Below, in pieces: positions 23,001-32,600 of a stretch of 64,000 nt of DNA. The translations under genes and the position numbers were made by a program. Numbering within the stretch: position 1 is the stretch's first letter; every line of letters begins with the position of its first letter. A model generated the notes under the pieces. That model saw nothing but the letters and a program-made list of their open reading frames with translations, did no database searches and had not been told where the DNA came from. This DNA comes from Eledone cirrhosa. Its lineage: Eukaryota. The stretch is taken from contig OZ024741.1 of assembly GCA_964016885.1 (NCBI GenBank), forward strand, positions 301,072,001 through 301,136,000, written 5' to 3'.

Positions 23001-24633
23001 GATAGCCTGTCCCCTCTGTTGTTTGTCCTTGCCTTGATGCCCTTGACCATTATGCTGCGAAAAGTGAGAGCAGGATACAAGTTGGGAAGGGGAGAGCTTA
23101 CCATCAATCACCTCCTCTTCATGGACGATCTTAAGCTCTTCGGGAAAAGTGAGAAGGAGTTGGATGTGCTTGTTGACACTGTCCGTATTTTCAGCAGTGA
23201 TATATGTATGCAGTTTGGTATTGGTAAATGTGGAGTCATTGTGATGAAGAGGGGTAGGTTGAGCAGAAGTAACGGGATCCAGATACCAACAGGTGAGATG
23301 ATAAAGGAAATTGACTCTGAGGAGGGATACAAGTATTTGGGCGTTCTGGAGGCTGATGGCATAAAGAACAAAAAAATGAAGGAATTGTTAAGAACTGAAT
23401 ACATTCGGAGAGTAAGGAGCGTATTGAAGTCACATCTGAACAGCAGAAATGCCATAAGCGCAGTAAATTCCCGAGCTGTGTCTATTATTAGGTACAGTGC
23501 GGGAATTCTGAGATGGAATGTTGCTGAACAAAAAGAAATGGATAGGAAGACTAGGAAGCTATTGAATATCTACAACATGTTCCACAAGAGGAGTGATGTC
23601 GATAGACTCTACCTAAGGAGATCTGAGGGTGGAAGAGGTCTTATCAGCATAGAGGACTGTGTTCAGATGGAGAAAAACAACCTATACAAATACGTGACCT
23701 ATAGTAAGGAGCCAATGCTCAGAACTGTACTGAAGGAGGGGACAGTAGGCCAGGGGATGTCCAAGGAGGAAATAACATCAAGGAGGAAGAGCAGCCTTAA
23801 GGGAAAATCCCTTCATAGTACCTTCTTTGAGAAAACTGAATTTAGAGATCCACAGACATGGAACTGGTTGAGAAGAGGAGACCTCAAAAAGGCTACAGAA
23901 GGAATGCTAATGGCTGCGCAGGAGCAGGCCCTCAAAACGAAGTGGTTGAAGCACCATATCTACAAGGAGGAGGCTAGCCCACTGTGCAGGATCTGTGGAG
24001 AGAGAGAGGAGACTGTGGCTCACATTGTGTCCGAGTGTAAACACCTAGCCCAGACCCACTATAAGGGCTGGAGACACGATGTGATGGGCAGGGTGATCCA
24101 CTGGCACCTGTGCAAAGTAAACAATCTACCACATTCTGAGAAATGGTATGAGCATAGGCCAGAGGCGGTGATGGAGAACAGTCAGGTGAAGGTGCTGTGG
24201 GATTTTAGGATACAGACGGACAAAAAACTGGAACACAATAGACCTGACCTGGTGGTTGTGGACAAAGAAAAAAGATCGTGCCTGATTGTGGATGTGGCCT
24301 GCCCGTTCGACACGAGAGTGCAAGAGAAGGAGAGGGAGAAAATTAACCGATACCAGGACCTAAAGTGGGAGGTGAAAAGGATTTGGAACTGCCATGAAGT
24401 CAAAGTGATCCCGATTGTCATAGGCGCACTGGGGACTATCTCCAAAGGTTTCCAGGGATGGTTAAAGAAAATCGGCCCCTTCACGCTTTTTGGAACGCTT
24501 CAAAAGGCATGCTTGCTTGGAACAGCAAGAACCCTCCGATACGTCCTGAATATCTGAGGCTGCAGGTAGTGGCTTGATTTTCAATCCAACGGACTTTTCA
24601 GTTAACCAACATCAATGACTGAGATTCAAGGAA
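20085..24633 (+). mobile_element. R4/Dong-like family A copy 3, full length and apparently intact
   Basis: (TAA)n | gggaagaagacgcac... about 1.08-kb 5' UTR, single ORF, short 3' UTR ...gattcaagga | (TAA)n. Confidence 0.96.
21165..24557 (+). CDS. R4/Dong-clade polyprotein: N-terminal nucleic-acid-binding region, reverse transcriptase, CCHC finger, restriction-like endonuclease (1130 aa)
   Basis: Uninterrupted ORF with KSPGPDG, NYRPITCL, IDYRKAFD, GIFQGDSLSP, LFMDD, YKYLG, CRICGEREETVAHIVSEC, RHD, NRPDLVVVD..VDVACP and KINRY. Confidence 0.96.
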   Translation: METRTSCDRLSPNRCPLAQQQEPDCQPNTADVGGRRRRKGARTNWTKELNRTVMQCYLKSNPKERGYRRRMHNIWNEIGLFKLDEQKLAGQARVIRTNGWISELELEELSRENSLEMAGVVCQTSEPAGNEGEEVLRTEEPPEADNDLNTEINNTWNRDTATEEMNADGLGQDSVDILNLVVDELNNDSGRPMNLRFVDRKKLKETTAKVNKVIPYLEARSLRQCNNILKATANTVRKLLGIKARGNNRQERAEPWWKKRLSGQIGEMRNDIGKLESLLNGTLKNIGTKNRLEIKYKTRSKKLNIIIEELKQRIVAKSAKIRRYENRVSQYKQNRMFDNNQKMLFGQLEGKERGNDLIPGAEQAKTFWRGIWEQDVRHNAQAGWIETVQREIGEQAQQQTDLSITVETLKGQAKKLTNWKSPGPDGVQGYWIKHLTSLHPKLTAMFNDCLVSGEVPEWLTKGTTVLIMKDRIKGNDVTNYRPITCLPVMWKLLTSIVSEEIYHHLHTNNSLPDEQKGCRKKSRGTKDQLLIDKMVMGNCRRRHTDLAMGWIDYRKAFDMVPHSWITKSLEIFRVADNIRQLLGRSMGSWETELISTGVSLGSVKIKRGIFQGDSLSPLLFVLALMPLTIMLRKVRAGYKLGRGELTINHLLFMDDLKLFGKSEKELDVLVDTVRIFSSDICMQFGIGKCGVIVMKRGRLSRSNGIQIPTGEMIKEIDSEEGYKYLGVLEADGIKNKKMKELLRTEYIRRVRSVLKSHLNSRNAISAVNSRAVSIIRYSAGILRWNVAEQKEMDRKTRKLLNIYNMFHKRSDVDRLYLRRSEGGRGLISIEDCVQMEKNNLYKYVTYSKEPMLRTVLKEGTVGQGMSKEEITSRRKSSLKGKSLHSTFFEKTEFRDPQTWNWLRRGDLKKATEGMLMAAQEQALKTKWLKHHIYKEEASPLCRICGEREETVAHIVSECKHLAQTHYKGWRHDVMGRVIHWHLCKVNNLPHSEKWYEHRPEAVMENSQVKVLWDFRIQTDKKLEHNRPDLVVVDKEKRSCLIVDVACPFDTRVQEKEREKINRYQDLKWEVKRIWNCHEVKVIPIVIGALGTISKGFQGWLKKIGPFTLFGTLQKACLLGTARTLRYVLNI

Positions 24634-24637
24634 TAAC

Positions 24638-24671
<34 letters not shown>

Positions 24672-24675
<4 letters not shown>

Positions 24676-25240
24676 AATCGCTCCCGTAAGTTTTTTATTT
24701 TTAACATATTTAAATCAATTGTGAAATAACAATACTTAGTACAAATGATGCATAAACCACCGAATCAAGTCCCATAAAATTTCGGATCCATATTATATTG
24801 TTATATCGCTCAAATATTCAATTTTGTATTATATATTTTGTATTCAAAAAAGAAAATGGTTATAAATGGAAGAAAACACCCTCTGTCTACACTATATAGA
24901 ACAGCCAAATAACAGCAATTTCACCAACACCAGAAACTTGATACACCACCTACCCCATCACACTAAATATAACAGCCAGATAACGGCATTTTCACCACCA
25001 CCAATCCCAGCATCATAATAATAAATACTATTATTATTGTCTCAAGTTTAACAAAATGTTTAATTCCAATTTTACGGGAATATGTCAACAATATATACAT
25101 ATTAAACATACGCGACACAAACTCATAGATACTACATATCACAAAACTCAGTAACGACAACGCCACCGTCGCCACCACCTCATCCATCATTGCTACCACT
25201 ATCCCATCACCGCCGCCACCACTCCTTCAATGCTACCACG
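24672..25240 (+). mobile_element. Diverged orphan 5' UTR of a Dong-A-related element
   Basis: atgaaatcgctcccgtaag..tgtgaaataacaa..cttagtacaaatg..ataaatggaagaa..ccatcaccgccgccaccac aligns with 20115-20545. No family A ORF follows. Confidence 0.8.
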
Positions 25241-25477
25241 ACTGTTCCCCTGTTAACTTAAGAAAGGGGAAGGTGGCGGTATCACTAGACAAGGGAGAGG
25301 CTAGCAAAAGATATAAATAGATTGACTTAGTGACCTGGCCACCGGCCAAACGTCAACAAACTATGGCACTGCTGGCTCCCCCCTTCGTCACCAGCAATAT
25401 AAAAAGCCCCAGCACCACCACCGACATAGCCAACAACAATAACACGCAACTTCAGCAAAACGTATATTATATTATTG

Positions 25478-25530
25478 TAATGCACTGGGTGATTGCTGGC
25501 CTTGTGCTTAGAGTGGAGACGGTTATTAAT
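25478..25530 (+). mobile_element. SINE family 1, 3' tail fragment
   Basis: gtaatgcactgggtgattgctggccttgtgct. Confidence 0.65.
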
Positions 25531-25616
25531 AATTCCATTCTTAACCCACGCAATGCTCACGTTAAGGAACCACTCATGATAATAACAATTTAAAAAAAAA
25601 AACAACAAAAAGAAAA

Positions 25617-28600
25617 CCCCGTGACCAAGAAATACCGGGATGGCGGCCGGCGGGGAATAGCCGTGTCTCTAGGGGAGAACGACCCCTCTAAGTCTTGGTT
25701 GACACTCGTTCTAGAAGTGGTAACACGAAATGAATACCCCTTGGCGGATAAGGATAAAACGCGACAAAATAAAGTAAATGTCTAATGATAAAATCTCATA
25801 CAGGATCGGCCGCCACCCGAGTAAAAAAGTGCCGCGTCCCTCAGGGAGGGGTCGAAAAATCAGCTAATGGTTCAAACCTTCCCATCACTTCGGAGCTGGA
25901 AACCTCCCATAACCGGAATACTCCTACTGTTGACCCTCCATGCTCACCACCAAGAAATCCAAAGAGAAAGAGAGAAAAATGGTCAAGGGAAGATAATAAA
26001 GACGTCCTTGAGGCTTTCTACACTGCCATGTACTACCCATCAAATACATCGAATACAGAACAGACATATATCAACTGTAAAAAGAAACATCCCGAAAACA
26101 GAGGCTATATTGACAGTAACAAACTAGCCAATATACGAAGAAATATTGTAAGAAAAAAGTTACTAACTGATATAGAAATTGATCAGATCAAGCTATTAGC
26201 ACAAAGTCAGCGAAGGGAAAATGAAACATGTGTCAGTGAAAACGAGGTAAATTGTAACACTTCGAATCCCAGGGTTGGGGCGGAATCACTGGCAACAGAA
26301 CAAATTAAAGAAAGGATCGAAAAAGTGGAGGAGGTGCATGCTCCAGATGAAACTCCAAATGAAAATAATGAGATCGTAAATGATAAAGAAATGAATGAGA
26401 ATGAACTTGCCAACTTGAAGGATGAAATTATGATCGAATGGATGAAAATGAAAGAATCTGACATGGGGCAACGAGACACCCTCCCTAAGATCCAGAACTC
26501 CAAACAGAACCAAAAAGTAATACACAAGACTAACATAATTCTCAAAAACATTATCATCACAAACAAACTAAACATTACTGATTTAAATCATCTCTATTAT
26601 GCATCGGCTAAAGTCACCACTCACTTATGTGGAGTGAAGATGAAAAAACAAAGGAATTCCCACAAGAAATCTACTTGGCAAGAGAATATCAATCGCCAAA
26701 TAAACCTTCTCCGATCTGACATAGAAATGTTAACAAACTAAAAAATAGGTGAACATGTTAAACAAATTAAACTTAGAAAATTGAAAAGAAAGTACAGTAT
26801 AAAATCAACAAGTGACATAGACATGCTGATAAAAATAATCAAGCAGAAAGTGTCGGCCAAAACTGCTCGTATAAGGCGCTTTGAAAAACGATCTAGATTC
26901 TATAAGGACAATAATATGTTCAAAAACAACCAAAGACACTTCTACAGAAAAATTGGTAAGTCAACAATAACTGCTAAATCAATACCACCCAAGGAGGAAG
27001 TGCAAGAATTCTGGGAAAAGATCTGGGCCGAAGAAAAAGTTCATAACATACATGCCCCATGGATAGACAGACAAATGAAAGATACAGCTCATCTTGAGGA
27101 ACAAACATGGGAAAATATAACAGTTGAACAGTTGCGCTTGGCTCTAAGAAAAACCAGCAAATGGAAATCCCCAGGAAAAGACAAAATACAAAACTTTTGG
27201 ATAAATGCCTTCACAGAGTCTCATGAGCTGTTAGCCAAACTTTACAATGAAATAGTTAAGGAGGCAGAAAAGATACCATCATGGCTAGTTAACGGCATTA
27301 CATTCCTGTTTCCGAAGAATGATAAGACAAACAATCCCAGAAATTACAGACCGATAACTTGCTTGACCACAATGTATAAAATTTTAACATCAGTCCTAAC
27401 TGAATACACCTATGACCACCTGATAACAAATGACCTATTTCCCATTGAGCAGAAAGGGCTCATATGGCTGTAAGGATCAGCTTTTGGTTAACAAAATGAT
27501 ACTGGAAGATTGTCATAATAGACACAAAAATCTATCGATTGCTTGGATAGATTATAAAAAAGCATTCGATAGTTTGCCACACAGTTGGATTGAAAAATGT
27601 TTAATATTTTCAAAATATCCCCCGTTGTCAGGAGGTTCTTGTCATTCAGTATGAAGACATGGAAAACGACACTCCTTTTGAATAGTGAAACAAAATCACT
27701 GGAAGCTGGAGAAGTTAATATTAATTGTGGAATCTTTCAGGGTGACTCTTTATCACCGCTTTTATTCTGCATCTCACTTATACCATTAAGTAAAATGCTC
27801 AATGAAACAAAACATGGATATAAAGTCTATGACAAAACCATTAATCACTTGTTCTACATGGATGACCTGAAAATATTTGCAAAAAATGATGAACAATTGC
27901 AAGGGCTATTATCCACTGTGGAGCAGTTCAGTGATGACATTAAAATGGAGTTTGGACTAAATAAATGCGCCAAAGCAACGTTCACCAGAGGAAAGCTGCT
28001 GAAGAGTTCAGACATTAATCTTGATCGGGGGAACGTGATAAGAGAACTTGATCAAGAAAAAACTTACAAATATCTAGGTGTTTGTGAAGGAGACGGAATC
28101 AAGCACTCGACAATGAGGGAAAGGATAAGGAAGGAATGTTACCGCAGTGTAAGAGCAATCTTAAGAACGGAATTGAATACAAGGAATAGGATCGATGCCA
28201 TAAACACGCTTGCCATGCCAGTAGTAACCTACAGTTACAATGGCATCAACTGGTCAAGCACAGAGATCCGTAGGCTCGATACAAAAGTTCGAAAATTCTT
28301 AACCATGCACAGAATGCATCACCCTAAGGCAGATATAGATAGAATATATCTCCGTAGGAAAGAAGGAGGACGTGGGTTAATCCAGTTAGACATTGCGTTG
28401 AAAACTGCAGCAATTGGATTATCTACATATCTAAGGGAATCACATTATTGGATGATCAAACTCGTTTTGAAACACGAAAGCATCAAAAGATCATATTCCA
28501 TTACAAAAGATGCACAAAGATACAGTAATGGACTACAAATTTCAGAAGTCCCATTTACTGCTGAAATGGAAAACACAGAAAAAGCAAAGCAGGTAAAAGT

Positions 28601-29546
28601 AACTGCAAAGAAAGAACTGCTACAGAAACTGGCTAAGAAATGGCAAGAAAAGCCTCTGTATGGTAAATACCCATGGCGAGCTAACAATCCTGATGTTGAC
28701 AAAACTTTAACCCATCAGTGGTTGGCATCCTCTGGACTGAAATCGGAGACTGAAGGACTGATTATATCAGCACAAGATCAGTGTCTGCCAACAAAAAATT
28801 ATCTAGCCGACATAATAAAAAATGGATGCAGCCCATTATGCCGTGTATGCAAAAAACAACCAGAGACCATTCACCATATAATTTCAATGTGCAGTCCTAT
28901 AGCTCCAACCGAATACCTAAACAGGCATGACAGAGCTGCACAATACATACATTGGATAATGTGTAAGCATTTTGACCTGCCCCATCAAAAGAATTGGTGG
29001 GAGCATCAACCACCTCCCATACTTGAAAAAGATCACATCTCAATCTTGTGGAACTTTAGCATCCAAACAGACCGAAAAATAGATGCAAATAGACCTGATA
29101 TAATATTGAAGGACTTTAAAAAGAGGGTATTCCTGCTAATTGATATGTCTGTTCCAATAGACAAGAATGTATCTATAAAAACATTTGAAAAATTGAGCAA
29201 GTATAAGGACCTGGAGATAGAATAGGAAAAATGTGGAAATTGAGAACTAAAACAATACCAGTGGTTGTAGGCGCTCTGGGAATGATACCTAAGGGGTCTA
29301 ATGATTACTTATCGCAAATCCCAGGAAACCCGCGTATAGGAGAAATACAAAAGATAGTACTAATGTGAACTGCCCATATACTAAGGAAGATTCTGTCAAT
29401 ATAAGCACATCACAAGTCTAAACACTAAAGATGCATGTGTGAGTATGTATGTTCTTTCTTGAACATGGCGGACCTTGTTGTCTCTTGAGGTCACTGGTTG
29501 TGACTTGGTGATAACTCGTATGAACATAAAGCAAGATAAATGCAAC

Positions 29547-29548
<2 letters not shown>
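25617..29548 (+). mobile_element. R4/Dong-like family B copy 2 (disrupted ORF 25778-29404)
   Basis: Reverse-complement homologue of 7259-11140 with RT FYMDD, CRVC..H..C, RHD and RPD motifs. Ends at (TAA)n. The 5' boundary is uncertain (25617-25670). Confidence 0.92.
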
Positions 29549-29597
<49 letters not shown>

Positions 29598-29599
29598 AA

Positions 29600-29653
29600 G
29601 CTTTCTTTATTAACCACATGGCTTTACACAAAGTAGACATTAAGGACAGTACA
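29600..29653 (-). mobile_element. Severely 5'-truncated Tx1-like 3'-end fragment
   Basis: The reverse complement tgtactgtccttaatgtctactttgtgtaaagccatgtggttaataaagaaagc matches the 3' ends at about 41560-41613 and 47444-47497. Confidence 0.85.
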
Positions 29654-29678
29654 AATTATTAATATTATTACTATTATT

Positions 29679-32600
29679 GGTGAAGCCACGCTTCTTATCG
29701 CCTCCAGTCTTTTTCAACGTTTTACCTATTTTTCATCCGTTCTAAACCTTTTATTCAAGTTTTAAATTTGATAAAAGTTTAGCAGAACAGACCCACCTAA
29801 TACAGGGGTTCACTAGTAAATAATACGGCACCCCTTTACGGGGTGTCGTATTCGTATTTGTGTAAAAATATATATTTTTTTTTATTTCAACATGGATAAC
29901 ACAAAAAAGAGAGAGAGCGCTGTCAGACAACACAGAGAGAGGGAGACTTTATCAGCATGTCAACAAGACGGCGTTCCAGCGGAGGTAAATATAAACGAAA
30001 ATATTACAAAGGAAAAGAAGATTGTTACAGATTTAAAATTACCAAATATTTCTAACACAAACAACACCAACAATAACACCAACAACATCACCAACAACAA
30101 CACCAAAAATAACAGCGGTAAAGTTGAGAACGACAATAACAAAAGTTACAGCGGTAAGGTCGAGAACGGCAATAACAAAAATAACAGCGGTAAGGTGGAG
30201 AACGACAATAACAATGACAATAACAACAGCCACAACAACAATAATAGTAGGAACAGTATCAACAAAAACAACAATAATAACAACAGCCACAATAACAGTA
30301 ACAGCAGCAAGAGTATCAACGAAAACAAAAACTGTACCAGCGAAAAGAACAACAATGACACCGATACCTGTAATAGCGACTTCAGCACCACCAGTAAGAC
30401 CAGTAGCGGCAGCAATAGTGGTGCTGCTGAAAAAGGGACCACTTCTTTTGCAGGTGTCGCCCGAAATATCGAGACAGTGTTAGTCACAGAGGAGGAGATG
30501 GCAGTCGCAAGGGCCATGGTGACAAGAAGTGCAAGTAGAGTTTCCCTGAAACCTCCACCCGATTTTTTCAAGGACCAGCAGCTACGGACGGTGACTTACC
30601 GCACCGTAAGCAAAATCAAACATCGAGTGGAGAGAGCCACGGCGGCTCAAATCCAAAAGGCCTTGGGGTGCGTCTGGGCACGCAAAACCCACATCACCCG
30701 AGGCAGAAAGTACGCCACAGTAGACGTACTTTTCGCCACCCCCCAGGAAGAAAAGTCTCTCTCTTTGGAAACCCTAAAGAGTGAAGAGTTAGTCTTGGTG
30801 CCCTCCTATTGCGGGCAGAAAATTGTGAGGGTCAAAGTGACCCAGGTCCCACCCGACATGCCCATACCTTGGCTGGCCGCGTCTGTCCTTGCTGGAATTG
30901 AGAACAGGGCGACCATGCTGCAAGTAGAAAAAATAGCTAGAGAGAACTGGTCAGGTATAGGCATGCAAATGCTTATACAATCTGACCAGGAATGTATCGA
31001 GGCTATCCCCGATATCATAGACTTCGAGGAAGGACTCCAACTCCCTATAAGTGTAGAAGGAAGACGGACAAAATGTTATCTCTGTGGGTCGAAAGGTCAC
31101 CTCAGGGCCTTTTGCCCGCAGAAGACACCGAAGAGAGCCCCTCTCCTTCCAATACCTGGTCCGCTGCTACCAAGAGCAGGACAGGCAACAAACGAAGAAG
31201 CCCCTTCCACGGTGAGTAGGAGCGCAACGTCCGTAGCACCCGTACCAAGGCCACGGATAACTAAAGCAGCATCATCAGTAGCGGCAACACCAATAGCTAC
31301 ATTTGAAATAGCTACACCAGCAACAAAATTGCCGAAGAGGGCTCCACTACCACCACCAACAGCCGTGGAGCACATACCCCTCCAAAACGCCACAGAATCC
31401 GACATGGAGTTTGAGGCGGGAGTGACGTGGCAAACAGTCTGCCACAAAAAACAAAAAACAAAAAAACCCTTAGATTCACCCTCCAAAAGCGAAGGCATAC
31501 AAAGAGGGGTAAAGGCAGCAAGGAAACTTGCAGCAACACCACCACAAACACCAACAGCGCAAACACAACAAGACACACACACCAAACAGCAACAAGAAGA
31601 AAACGGCAACAAAATCACCCCTCCCCCCAAAAAGTACACAGCCATAAACATAGCCGAAAAAGAACTCATAAAATATATAAAGAAGCACACATACATCACG
31701 GAAAAAAACTACTACACCCCACCAACACCAAGAACTCTCCCGACAAACATAAGCATCATCGAAATCTGAATAGAACAGTACAAACCTTTAAAACAAAAAG
31801 TCCCCAACGCAGTTGGAGACTTCATAGTGTCGGTTACCAAGAGGATATACACTGACATCCTCTTGGAAACACCCATGACCAGCGAAAGGGACGGTTCTAC
31901 TTTCCCTTCACCACATGAACATGGTAAGTGACCCTTTCTCATTTGCCCCCTTTCTCATCCAACATGGCTGTACTCAGAATAGGCAGTATAGATGCACGTG
32001 GCCTGGGGTCATCTTGGAAGCAGGGTCACCTGCTCAATGACCTCAGGTCACTAAACATAGATGTGGTAGCCATCAGTGAAACCAGAATTTCCGAGGCACG
32101 GGCCTTCGCACCAATCTTCGGCGGCTACGATGTATACGCATCTCCCAGCCGTCCAGGATCGGGGGGAGGGGTTGCCGTCCTTTTTCGGAGAGGCTTGGAA
32201 CTCGCGATACGGGCCATCTTCCTGGACCCAGAAGGTAAGTCGGTGGTGCTGGACGTGACCGGCAGCGAAGGCAATGCTTTCAGGCTAGTAGCCGTCTACG
32301 CCCCAACAGGGGCAGGACGGCTAGATTTCTTCAGACGTCTAGAGACCTTTCTTTGAACGTCCCGTTCTCTAGTGTTAGTGGGCGACTGGAACGGTGTCTC
32401 GGGTGCACGCTGGGATCGTGTGGGGCTAGTGGATAGTGGAGGAGGGTGCAAGAGCCTCACCAACATGCTCAGACGTTTTGAACTGTCTGACAGGTATCGA
32501 CTGGATCACCCGAATGTGCCAATGTGGACATGGACAAACCGCATCCGGTCATCCAAATCGTATCTAGATAGGGTATTCTGCAGGGAACTAGATAAGGCTA

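Noticed and set aside
12342-24484. Recurrent antisense ORFs within the Dong-A copies
   Set aside because: Shadow frames repeated only because the copies are near-identical; no motifs.
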